Assembly: GCA_043825875.1 (NCBI GenBank)
Contig: JBDRRF010000111.1
Location: 21,357 to 85,356, forward strand
From: Pseudomonadota bacterium
Lineage (GTDB): Bacteria; Desulfobacterota; Desulfobacteria; Desulfobacterales; RPRI01
DNA: 64,000 nucleotides
Direction of reading: 5' to 3'
Shown: piece after piece, positions 27,302 to 36,132 of the stretch
Numbering within the stretch: the first letter of the stretch is position 1
Layout of the letters: the number at the start of each line of letters is the position of its first letter
Program-made: the position numbers and the translations under genes
The notes under the pieces: model-generated
Told to the model about the DNA's origin: nothing
Database searches by the model: none
The model's input: only the letters and a program-made list of their open reading frames with translations

Positions 27302-30206
27302 ATGCGAGCTGTCTTTTTGCCAGATCAGCGAAAAACCCTTCAAGGGCCATGAGTTCGTCATAGGTTCCCGTTTCCAGAATTTCACCGTGCTGAAGGACAA
27401 AAATTCGGTCCGCGTTGATAATCGTGCTGAGCCGGTGCGCGATTACCACACGGGTTACCTGAAGCTTCTCAAGGCTGCGGCTTACGATCGCCTGAGTGTG
27501 GTTGTCCAGTGCACTGGTAGCTTCATCAAAAAATAGAATCCTGGGTCTTCTGACAATTGCCCTGGCTATGATCAATCTTTGTCTCTGGCCTCCGGATAGC
27601 GTGCCTCCGCCTGCGCTGACCACCGTGTGCATACCCATGGGCATGGCTTCAATGTCTTTATCAACGCCCACCATCCTGGCCGCTGTCCAGGCATCATCAA
27701 GAGTAAGGTTGGAGGTTCCGACAATATTTTTAAAAATATCACCCGGCATTACTTTAGCATTTTGAAGCACAACACCCATCTGGCGCCTTACTTCGCGGAT
27801 ATCAATGGATTCCAAATCCTTACCGTCGTAATAAATAGTGCCGGCCTCCTGGGTATCAAAGCCGAGCAAAAGCCTCAACAGGGTTGATTTCCCTGATCCT
27901 GATCCTCCAACGAGTGCGATAAACTCTCCCGGTGAAATCTGCATGGAAACATCTTTTAATATAAGCGGGCCGTCCGGGTTATAACGAAAATATATATTAC
28001 TGACTTCAATCTCACCGGCCAACTCACCAGGTTTGGCCTTCGTTTCATCAGACTCCGGTACATTTTCAATTATGGGTTTTATCCTCTCATAAAGAGGGAT
28101 TATATTTAAAGAGGTCGTGATGGCTGCAGCCATCTGCAGCATAGCCGCCTGGAAATTACCGTAAGCGGCATTGAATGCCAGAAAATTACCCGTGCTCAAT
28201 CCGCCTTCGTTTGATTTCCAGATTACCCATGCAAAGATGGCCATTGAGGCCACTAAGGGGAAGGCGGCATTAAAGGAAGTTACAACGTTTTGAATCATGC
28301 CCGCCTTGTAGGCGAATTTTTTTTTCTCGGCGAAATTTCGTGTCCACTCGGCAAAAGCACGATCTTCTGTGCCGGAAACCCTAAGCTTGGCAATACCTGT
28401 AATAAACTGCAAAACCATGCCTGATATTTTACCTTCAATTTCAGTCATTTGTCTTTGATAATTTACAATCAGATAACTTGCAAAAACAGTGGAAAGAATG
28501 CTGAAAACGGATAATCCAACCCCAATTATGGCTAGCTTCCAATCGTAATAAAAAAGGAGTACCAGATTAAAAGCAGAAAAAAGACAGGCCAGTATGGCGT
28601 TTACGGTAACACCTGAAAGAATCTGCCTTATCTGGTTGATTCCCATCGCCCTTTTTGCCAGATCTCCTGCGGTGTAATTGCGAAAAAATGGTACGGGCAA
28701 GGCTATGAGTCGATCCCAGAGCGCCGTTTGAACGGTTGAATCCATTATTCCCTCTATGCGCAAAAGAGCAATCCCCTTGGTAACATTGAACATGACGGTC
28801 GCTACCGCAGATGTTGCCAGAATGATGGAGATCTGCATGAGCTGGCCCCGAGCAGCTTCGGGTATAATCGTGCCAAAGATAATGCCGGTCATGATCGGTG
28901 TGAGCAGACCGAGAAGAGCGCCGATGATTCCCATGAAAACAACTGTTGCCAAGGTTCCTGAACATCCTTGAAATCCGAACTTCAAAAGGTCGGCTCCCGT
29001 AAGAGGTCGTTCCGGAAATGGCCTGTAAAAGCAGAAGGCCTCTGAATCCAGGGTATCTGCCATCTGGGAAGTTACTTTATTTTGGGTTCCCTTGACCGGA
29101 TCATGAATATGATATTTTCGTGGCGAGATGGGAATCAATGCTACCGGCTGTTTCCCTTCGTTTATAAATGCGAGCAAGGGACCGTGGTCGAAACGCCACC
29201 AGGTATCTCTTAAAATGACGCTGCGGATACGAAAACCGGAAGTTCGGGCAATATCTTCCAGTGAGGTTTTCCGGCTTTCCTCCTCCGGACCCGAGGGTGA
29301 TCGCACCTTGATATTGAGGGCATTCCCAACCATCTCACAGGCGGATAGCAATGCTTCCCCTTCTCCCCTCCTTGGTACGGGTTTTTCCTTTTTTGTCTCA
29401 AGAATATCCCCAAGGCGGGAAAAGGAACTCATCAGATTGTAACGGTCGGATTCGCCTTTTTTCCGGAGACGCTCCTGTTCAGCAATTTCAGTTCGGCCTC
29501 TGTTAATATCAATGCATTTCAAAACAAATTGATGGAAGGCTTCAAGTGCGTGCCATTGGGGATCTTCTAAAAGAAAGGACGACATATCGATCACATTAAA
29601 AAGTGCTTCACCGGATGTGACGAGCCATGCCTTTGTGGATAAGGGGAAAAGGCTTTTGCCTGAAATTTCGGGCCAGTCTTCCCGGCCCATCAATCGGAGT
29701 TTGCCTTCTATAAGACTGACCCAAATGGTCTCATCCGGCGTACTGAAAGTGCTTCCATCCTTATCCGATATCTGAACCCCGATTTCTATATTCTTGAAGT
29801 TTCGTGGGAAAATATTGTTATCGCGGATTCCTGACGAAAGTCCGTCAATCCACATTTCGACAAGGTTTTTGATCGTTTTGCTGTGTGTTGGCTCAATGGC
29901 AAGTTCAATAAATCTTGATCTTGCGCATGCTACCAGTGATGTCCCCGGACCACCCACAGCCATCAGGGATGTGGCCTGACCAAGCTGGTCCACATTCATC
30001 CCAAACAGAGCCTCTCCCTTTTTAGCCCGAAAAAGATGAATGCGGGGGCCGACGGCATCTCCCTTGTCTGTCCGAACGGAAAACACATCCACCTGTCCGG
30101 AAAGGACAATAAAGACCTTTTCAATATCGGCAAGAAGAAGAGGCCGGTTACCTCTTGTTTCGAAGGGGGTGCCTTCTTTTGAAAATATGTCGAGGTTCTC
30201 TTTCAA
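27300..30206 (-). CDS. NHLP/Nif11 bacteriocin export ABC transporter permease/ATPase (TIGR03797-like) with N-terminal cNMP-binding-like region
   Basis: GGSGSGKS, LSGGQRQR, FFDEATSALD, 6 TM segments; WWRFDHGPL degenerate peptidase-like region. Confidence 0.9.
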   Translation of the reverse strand: MKENLDIFSKEGTPFETRGNRPLLLADIEKVFIVLSGQVDVFSVRTDKGDAVGPRIHLFRAKKGEALFGMNVDQLGQATSLMAVGGPGTSLVACARSRFIELAIEPTHSKTIKNLVEMWIDGLSSGIRDNNIFPRNFKNIEIGVQISDKDGSTFSTPDETIWVSLIEGKLRLMGREDWPEISGKSLFPLSTKAWLVTSGEALFNVIDMSSFLLEDPQWHALEAFHQFVLKCIDINRGRTEIAEQERLRKKGESDRYNLMSSFSRLGDILETKKEKPVPRRGEGEALLSACEMVGNALNIKVRSPSGPEEESRKTSLEDIARTSGFRIRSVILRDTWWRFDHGPLLAFINEGKQPVALIPISPRKYHIHDPVKGTQNKVTSQMADTLDSEAFCFYRPFPERPLTGADLLKFGFQGCSGTLATVVFMGIIGALLGLLTPIMTGIIFGTIIPEAARGQLMQISIILATSAVATVMFNVTKGIALLRIEGIMDSTVQTALWDRLIALPVPFFRNYTAGDLAKRAMGINQIRQILSGVTVNAILACLFSAFNLVLLFYYDWKLAIIGVGLSVFSILSTVFASYLIVNYQRQMTEIEGKISGMVLQFITGIAKLRVSGTEDRAFAEWTRNFAEKKKFAYKAGMIQNVVTSFNAAFPLVASMAIFAWVIWKSNEGGLSTGNFLAFNAAYGNFQAAMLQMAAAITTSLNIIPLYERIKPIIENVPESDETKAKPGELAGEIEVSNIYFRYNPDGPLILKDVSMQISPGEFIALVGGSGSGKSTLLRLLLGFDTQEAGTIYYDGKDLESIDIREVRRQMGVVLQNAKVMPGDIFKNIVGTSNLTLDDAWTAARMVGVDKDIEAMPMGMHTVVSAGGGTLSGGQRQRLIIARAIVRRPRILFFDEATSALDNHTQAIVSRSLEKLQVTRVVIAHRLSTIINADRIFVLQHGEILETGTYDELMALEGFFADLAKRQLA

Positions 30207-30256
30207 ATTATTTAATTTCCCACTTGGTTAAATAAACCTTAAATATGGGGAGAAAC

Positions 30257-32461
30257 TTATTGTTCCCCGATTAATTCAGCGTAAGGCCCCTTGATATTGC
30301 GCATCTCTTCATGGGTGCCCCTTTGCAAGACCTTTCCCTGGTCAAGAACGATTATTTCATCACAATCTCTGATTGTGCTTAAACGATGCGCCACAATAAT
30401 ACAGGTACATCCCCGACGCCTGAGATTGTCATCAACGATTTTCTCTGTATGGGGATCAAGGGCGCTGGTGGCTTCATCCAGGACAAGGATTGTTGGATTA
30501 TTAACCAGTGCCCTGGCTATTTCCAGTCTCTGGCGTTGTCCACCGCTAAAGTTATTTCCTCCCTCTTCAACATTGCTCGAATATCCCCCCGCGCGCATTG
30601 CAATATCGGGATGGATACAGGCATCTTTTGCAGCATGGATGATTGTGGATTCCGGAATGGATTCATCCCACATGGCCAGGTTGGAACTAATTGACTCTTC
30701 AAACATAAAGATATCCTGATCAACCATGGCTAATGAGTTGCAGAATATATCCCGCGGTATTTCATTCATTTTTTTGCCATCAAAAAGGATTTCACCTTCC
30801 CAGGATTCATAAAGTCCGGTAATGAGCTTTGCGATGGTTGATTTGCCGGACCCGGAACCTCCGACCAAAGCTACCCGCATTCCGGGTTTCAAGTTCATGC
30901 TGAAATTTTCTATTAATGGTGGAGCCATGCGGCTGTAACCATAAGTAATATTATTGAGACTCAGATTACCGGATAGTTTTACGGCCAACGAATCCTCTTG
31001 TTTCGATTCCTGATCTGAAAAGTTTGGGGGGAGACCTTGCTCAATGCTAAAACGATTGTCTACGGGATAACTCTGGACATCATCTAACCGATTCATATCG
31101 GCCTGGGTTTCCTGAAGCGTACTGCCTAAATTGACCATATGATTTACAGGCTGCATAAAGCTGCTCATGAGGCTTTGGAAGGCGACCAGCATACCCATAC
31201 TCAAATAGCCGTCCATAACACGCGCGCCCCCGACACCCAGAATTACTACGGTATTCAGACTTGCAAGAAATGGCGGCACCAGGGAAAGTAGTTGGCTGGA
31301 AACGGCCAACTGCTGTTGCGCATTCAGTACCTTGGCCTGATATCCGGACCACTGGGAGAAAAAATCAGATTCTGACCCGGTGGCTTTCAGTGTTTCGATC
31401 ATTTGGAGGCCGTTCATAGCGGTTCCAATCATCTTACCCGCCTCCTGCTGCAAACGCATATTAAGGTCCGTTCGTTTTCGGGATACATATTTCAAAACGG
31501 CAAGATTCAAAAGGGCGATAAAGATACCTACAAGGGTAAGCACTATGTCGTATTGTAACATCAGGATCGCATAAAACATAATCATGGCAAGATTAATGAT
31601 ATTGGTCGCCAACTCCCCTGAAAGTAAGTGAGCCACCTTGTCATTGAGTAATACACGGTCGCCTACCTCTCCCCCAAATCGCTGGGCAAAAAATTCAACC
31701 GGTAATCTGAATACATGCCGGAAAAATTTGCTGGAAGAGGTAAGTGCAAGCTTGGTTTCAAACCTAAGGAGGTAGTACTCCTGAAGCCATGTCAGACCGC
31801 CCCGAATAAGGGCGGTTAATCCCATTGCCAGCAGCAATGGCCTCAGCCAGCCCTCCATGCCGTCGACCAGAATATTATCCACAAAGATCTTGGAAAAGAT
31901 CGGAATTACGAGCCCTGGAATTACAAGAAAAAGACCGGCAAGAACCACAAAGGTGAGTGCTGATTTGGTGCCGACAAAACGTTGACGAAGGGCGCGGAAG
32001 AGGCTTTTTTTCTCTCCCCCTTTTTGGAAGTCCTCTGTTGGTTTAAATATCAGGACGACCCCGGTAAAAGATTGATCGAATTCTTCTACAGAAATTACTC
32101 TGGGGCCTACGGCAGGATCATTCAAAAAAGCGCGACCGTTTTTAATCCCTTCAAGAACAACAAAGTGGTTGAAATTCCAGAAAACGATCATCGGAAGTTC
32201 AAATTCCCTAAGCCCGTCCGGTTCCTTTTTATACCCTTTGGCCTCAAAACCGTATTTTCGCGCCGCCTTAAGGATGTTACTTGCCTTGCTGCCGTCACGC
32301 GAGATGCCGCACTCAATTCTCAGCTTTTCAAGAGGAACAAAGCGATGAAAATAGGCCAGAATCATGGCAAGGGATGCCGCACCACACTCCACAGCCTCCA
32401 TCTGAAGAACCGTCGGTGTTTTTACCCGCTTGTTGCTCCATACTTTTTTCGGTTCGTCCAT
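30257..32461 (-). CDS. NHLP/Nif11 bacteriocin export ABC transporter peptidase/permease/ATPase (TIGR03796-like, C39 peptidase)
   Basis: TPTVLQMEAVECGAASL (catalytic Cys), NHFVV, NDPA; Walker A/B and signature motifs. Confidence 0.93.
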   Translation of the reverse strand: MDEPKKVWSNKRVKTPTVLQMEAVECGAASLAMILAYFHRFVPLEKLRIECGISRDGSKASNILKAARKYGFEAKGYKKEPDGLREFELPMIVFWNFNHFVVLEGIKNGRAFLNDPAVGPRVISVEEFDQSFTGVVLIFKPTEDFQKGGEKKSLFRALRQRFVGTKSALTFVVLAGLFLVIPGLVIPIFSKIFVDNILVDGMEGWLRPLLLAMGLTALIRGGLTWLQEYYLLRFETKLALTSSSKFFRHVFRLPVEFFAQRFGGEVGDRVLLNDKVAHLLSGELATNIINLAMIMFYAILMLQYDIVLTLVGIFIALLNLAVLKYVSRKRTDLNMRLQQEAGKMIGTAMNGLQMIETLKATGSESDFFSQWSGYQAKVLNAQQQLAVSSQLLSLVPPFLASLNTVVILGVGGARVMDGYLSMGMLVAFQSLMSSFMQPVNHMVNLGSTLQETQADMNRLDDVQSYPVDNRFSIEQGLPPNFSDQESKQEDSLAVKLSGNLSLNNITYGYSRMAPPLIENFSMNLKPGMRVALVGGSGSGKSTIAKLITGLYESWEGEILFDGKKMNEIPRDIFCNSLAMVDQDIFMFEESISSNLAMWDESIPESTIIHAAKDACIHPDIAMRAGGYSSNVEEGGNNFSGGQRQRLEIARALVNNPTILVLDEATSALDPHTEKIVDDNLRRRGCTCIIVAHRLSTIRDCDEIIVLDQGKVLQRGTHEEMRNIKGPYAELIGEQ

Positions 32462-32481
32462 TAAAGAATATCCTTTACAAC

Positions 32482-33753
32482 TTACTCCTTACCCACACCG
32501 AGGAAGCTTTTTTTGAATAGGGGAACGATCAGGCTAACGGGACGTTGTTCGGAAATGGTAACCGATGAATAACAGAGTGTTCCCGTATTGACCTTGATGG
32601 GAGGCCCATTAGAGGAAGACCATTTATAGCCGCTGGGAGTTCGTGGATCAGGAATCAGATCCGCGCGTACTTCTATGGGCGCTCCTCCCTGAGAGAGATT
32701 TTGTACCAGCGCTTCGTTTTGAAGATCTCTCATCATACCCTGATGTGTAGAAGGAAACTCTGAAACATAAGTTACCATTCCCCGTATGAAGCCGTATTTT
32801 TCCTGTTTAACGGTGGATGGAGAGATCTGTGCAGCCATGCCAAGTCGAATTTTTTTCCCCTGCCTTGGGGGAAAGTACAAGACGGCTTCCAGATTCTTGA
32901 TATTTTTTCCAATGAGTTCAATGCTGATAAGCGGTATGCCTTTACCGACAACGGAACCTTCATCAACAGCAATTTCCAGGATGCGCCCCGTATAGGGACT
33001 GACGACTTTAGAGGTATCATTCAGATCATTTTGCAACTGATCAATATTCCTTCCCGCCTCGCTTATTTTCTGTTCCATGGCTCTTAGATCTTTTTCCTGC
33101 TGGTTTTTGAGTTGCAGCTTTCTGATAGAGATCTGTTGCAGTTTGTTGAGGTTTTCCCTGTTTTGTTGCAGTGTATTATTTAATTCTTCCTGTGTGTCCA
33201 TCAGCTGTTGCTTTGTAATCAGGCCCATGTCCATAATGACTTTCTGGCTCTCAATTTTATTTTCCAGGTATGTAATGCGGACTTTCAGGGTGGCTATGGT
33301 GCGGTTCAGATTAGCCTTCTGATTTGACATGGACTCTCTTTCAAGTTTCATTTCATTTGATCCAAAAACTGCAATTTGCTCACGTTCACCCAAAAGCTCC
33401 TGTAAAACAGCCCTGGCTGATTTTATCCGGTCTAAAATTTCGGGCTGTTCCAGGCGGGCAACGATCTGACCACTGTGAATTATATCATCCACACTAAAAT
33501 AAAGGTTTTGTACACGGCCTGCGCTATTGGAAACGATTTTAAATACGCCTCCTGATTTCATTAAAATTCCCTGGCCCGCCACTTTATCCGGAATGGTTCC
33601 CCAAAACCCCCAGAAGATTGCACAGGCCAGGAGTCCCATCGCGGCGATGAGCGCAACCCAGCCCTTTGGAGTGGTAATCCTCATCAACTGATCGAGTTGC
33701 TCAGGAGAGGATAACCTCTCCAGGGCAACTTTACGAAAGATTTGATCGGCCAT
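32482..33753 (-). CDS. NHLP bacteriocin system secretion protein (HlyD/MFP, TIGR03794-like)
   Basis: IFRKVALERLSSPEQLDQL N-terminus, coiled coil, SGYKWSSSNGP. Confidence 0.92.
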   Translation of the reverse strand: MADQIFRKVALERLSSPEQLDQLMRITTPKGWVALIAAMGLLACAIFWGFWGTIPDKVAGQGILMKSGGVFKIVSNSAGRVQNLYFSVDDIIHSGQIVARLEQPEILDRIKSARAVLQELLGEREQIAVFGSNEMKLERESMSNQKANLNRTIATLKVRITYLENKIESQKVIMDMGLITKQQLMDTQEELNNTLQQNRENLNKLQQISIRKLQLKNQQEKDLRAMEQKISEAGRNIDQLQNDLNDTSKVVSPYTGRILEIAVDEGSVVGKGIPLISIELIGKNIKNLEAVLYFPPRQGKKIRLGMAAQISPSTVKQEKYGFIRGMVTYVSEFPSTHQGMMRDLQNEALVQNLSQGGAPIEVRADLIPDPRTPSGYKWSSSNGPPIKVNTGTLCYSSVTISEQRPVSLIVPLFKKSFLGVGKE

Positions 33754-33778
33754 GGCCTGTGACCCTCCTCAATCTGTT

Positions 33779-35353
33779 CTAACGGTTCTGCTTGTAATCG
33801 GGAATTTCAGCCAGTTGTTCCATAGTGATAGTATACTCCCCATTGTACTCATGCAGCAGTGTTCCTGTTGCAAAACGAAGTTGGAGCAGAGCGCCGGCAT
33901 ATTGCCTATGAGAAACAACATCGGTTAGCAGGGCATTTCTGTACTTATCCTCAATTCCCACGACATCAATTACTGTGGATAGCCCTATCTTAAGTTTAAA
34001 TTTTTCGTTTTCCAGAGCCTTTTTATAGCTGGCAACTGATTTTTGTGATTCCTGAAGTTCCTTTGTCCTTTGTATGAGGGCATTTATGGCTATGGCAACA
34101 TCGGAATGGATATTTCTCTCCAGGTCAGTAGATCGAATACGTGCCTGTTGATAGGAAGATTTTCTCTGATAATAAAGCCCTTTAGGCGCATTGTTTCCGA
34201 AAGGATAAACTAAACTGATCATGGCTGAGCCGTTTAAACCCCTTACATTTTCCTGAAAAGCATCATAATACCCTGATTCGCTGTCGCTTTCTTCAAGTCC
34301 TTGATAGCCCATGCTAAAAGAAAGATCCAGTTGAGGCCGCATATTTAGTCTGGCGGCCGAGAGCAGTATCCTGGCGGATTCCTGCAACTTTTTTAACGCT
34401 ATCAGATCGGCGCGGTTTTCAGTTGATATCTGAAAGAATTTTTCTCTCTGGCTTATAATTGAAAGTTTCTTTTCAGACAGAAGTTCAGGAAAAATATCAG
34501 CAGGAGTGGGAAGCTCAATAATCTTGCTGTATTGAAGACCCATAGCAATGCCTAATTGCTGATAGTTTTCATACAGATTTTGTTCTCCTTGTATTCGATT
34601 GCCTGTTTTTGAAGCCAGATTTGCCCTGAGCTGGTCAAGATCAGAAGATGGCCGCTCATCAGCTTCTACAAGTTTTTCAACATCTTCTAACAGTTGTTGA
34701 GCCCTGGATTCCGTCTCTTTGAGGATTTTGAGATTCATAAAGGCCGCTAAAAGTGTCCAGTAAGCATTTCCCGTTTCCAGCACGGATGCTGAGACCGTGT
34801 GCCTAAGATCCCTTTCAGAAGCTTGAAGCCGGATTTTCGCCGACATCTCTTCAGCCCCTGCGGCTTCTTTGCCGCTACCCTTGAGAAGGGGGAAAATCAA
34901 AGCGAAATTGACACTGCTTTTATTTGTGGTTTGAGCGCCAAAACTCAGATCATCGTTGCGAGTCATCTGCAGATTTGGTTTTATGGTGATGCCGTTTCTA
35001 AGCTTTTTGCTCAAACTCATCGTATATGTGGTCAGATTTTCCACATCTTTTGAACGCCCGTATAACGCCCTGTCTGCGGCTGTCAGAGGTGTGCTGTTGC
35101 GGGTACGATTAATATCAGCTATTATGGTCGGGTCGAACTGTCCCTGAGTTTGTTGCAGCGCCCCTTTGCTGATTTGTACTTCTTCTTCTTGAATTTTTAT
35201 GGAAGGTTGATGGGAGAGAGTTGTTTTGATGGCATCAATGATACTAAGCCCTTTAGATTTTTCCTGAGCAATAATTTGCGCCGGAACAAAAAGCAGCAAA
35301 GAAAAAAAGATAAGATAAACAGCTCTGATATAAACTTTTTTCTGACTGAGCAT
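33779..35353 (-). CDS. TolC-family outer membrane efflux protein
   Basis: Signal peptide, GQFDP, two OEP helical repeats, ENEKFKLKIGLST; adjacent to HlyD/ABC genes. Confidence 0.85.
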   Translation of the reverse strand: MLSQKKVYIRAVYLIFFSLLLFVPAQIIAQEKSKGLSIIDAIKTTLSHQPSIKIQEEEVQISKGALQQTQGQFDPTIIADINRTRNSTPLTAADRALYGRSKDVENLTTYTMSLSKKLRNGITIKPNLQMTRNDDLSFGAQTTNKSSVNFALIFPLLKGSGKEAAGAEEMSAKIRLQASERDLRHTVSASVLETGNAYWTLLAAFMNLKILKETESRAQQLLEDVEKLVEADERPSSDLDQLRANLASKTGNRIQGEQNLYENYQQLGIAMGLQYSKIIELPTPADIFPELLSEKKLSIISQREKFFQISTENRADLIALKKLQESARILLSAARLNMRPQLDLSFSMGYQGLEESDSESGYYDAFQENVRGLNGSAMISLVYPFGNNAPKGLYYQRKSSYQQARIRSTDLERNIHSDVAIAINALIQRTKELQESQKSVASYKKALENEKFKLKIGLSTVIDVVGIEDKYRNALLTDVVSHRQYAGALLQLRFATGTLLHEYNGEYTITMEQLAEIPDYKQNR

Positions 35354-35433
35354 ATATTACCCTGAATTAAGCCCAAGATTTAAATTCTTTCAAGTCATTC
35401 ATAATAAATAGGCTGGAAAAAACATAAACAAAA

Positions 35434-35597
35434 GAGCCACTTTCAAAACGTTTCAGTTTGGTCAAGCTCAAGGCGGGAGAAAATTTCAACCACAGAAATA
35501 CATTTAGTATTTCGAGGATAGCGCTTAAGCTTCACTTCGTGCGAAATTTGAGCCCAACGCTAAGATCGGCTAAAATGGGGCGTTTTGAAACTGACTC
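35434..35597 (-). mobile_element. MITE family A, copy 4 (164 bp, inverted, with internal insertion)
   Basis: Reverse orientation; one TIR mutated (CTGACTC); extra segment at 35520-35542; no target duplication. Confidence 0.82.
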
Positions 35598-35617
35598 GAG
35601 TAATTATTAATTAAATT

Positions 35618-35917
35618 TTATACTTCACCGCCGAGTATAAAACATTGCAGAACATCCTTATCATAAGGCTCCCGGAGAAGATTCATCGACCCCCGTAGCA
35701 CCTTAAAATGTTCCGATTTCATGGAGTTAATAAGGTTTTCATGTGTATCCCATTCTTCTATAAGAAAGAGCCGGTTCTCATCCTCGTTACTCTGGCAGAA
35801 GTCGCAGCGTCGGCATCCCTTTTCCCTTCTTATGGAACCGGACAGTGAAGTAATCGTTTGTGACAACTCCAAGCGCTTCTCAGGAATAGCCTTCATTTGT
35901 GTGATTACAAGCATCAT
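35618..35917 (-). CDS. Antibiotic biosynthesis monooxygenase (ABM) family protein, possibly frameshifted near the 3' end
   Basis: IRREKGC, LIEEWDT, KSEHF pattern. Confidence 0.75.
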   Translation of the reverse strand: MMLVITQMKAIPEKRLELSQTITSLSGSIRREKGCRRCDFCQSNEDENRLFLIEEWDTHENLINSMKSEHFKVLRGSMNLLREPYDKDVLQCFILGGEV

Positions 35918-35928
35918 GTCATTGAGTT

Positions 35929-35944
35929 AGCAAATAGTCTGCCA
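35929..35944 (-). promoter_or_regulatory. Sigma54 -24/-12 promoter
   Basis: TGGCAGACTATTTGCT (GG-N10-GC); conserved in the paralogous copy at 49089-49104. Confidence 0.7.
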
Positions 35945-36089
35945 ATGGCTGACGATAAGTCAAATGAGTTGGTTAAACAAATGATAACAATGGATTATAC
36001 TAACAGGAGAAAAGAGCTGGAAAGTATGAAACAAGTTGTTTGGCCTCAATATTTGGTAGAATATCTATATACTGATGGATATATTTAAA

Positions 36090-36120
36090 GAGAGCCAGAC
36101 AGCTTATTTATCTGGCTCTC
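36090..36120 (-). terminator. Hairpin downstream of the glucan synthase gene
   Basis: GAGAGCCAGA-N11-TCTGGCTCTC, then TTT on the minus strand. Confidence 0.55.
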
Positions 36121-36132
36121 AAGTCAATCAAT

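Noticed and set aside
15257..35597. Inverted family A MITEs flanking the HDAC gene and RiPP cluster as a composite transposon
   Set aside because: Copy 2 has its own target duplication, and the outer flanks (AAGC or ATTG vs GAGT) do not match, which favours independent insertions.
35897..36088. 63-aa plus-strand ORF
   Set aside because: It overlaps the sigma54 promoter/enhancer module, and the equivalent frame in the paralogous copy is interrupted by a stop.
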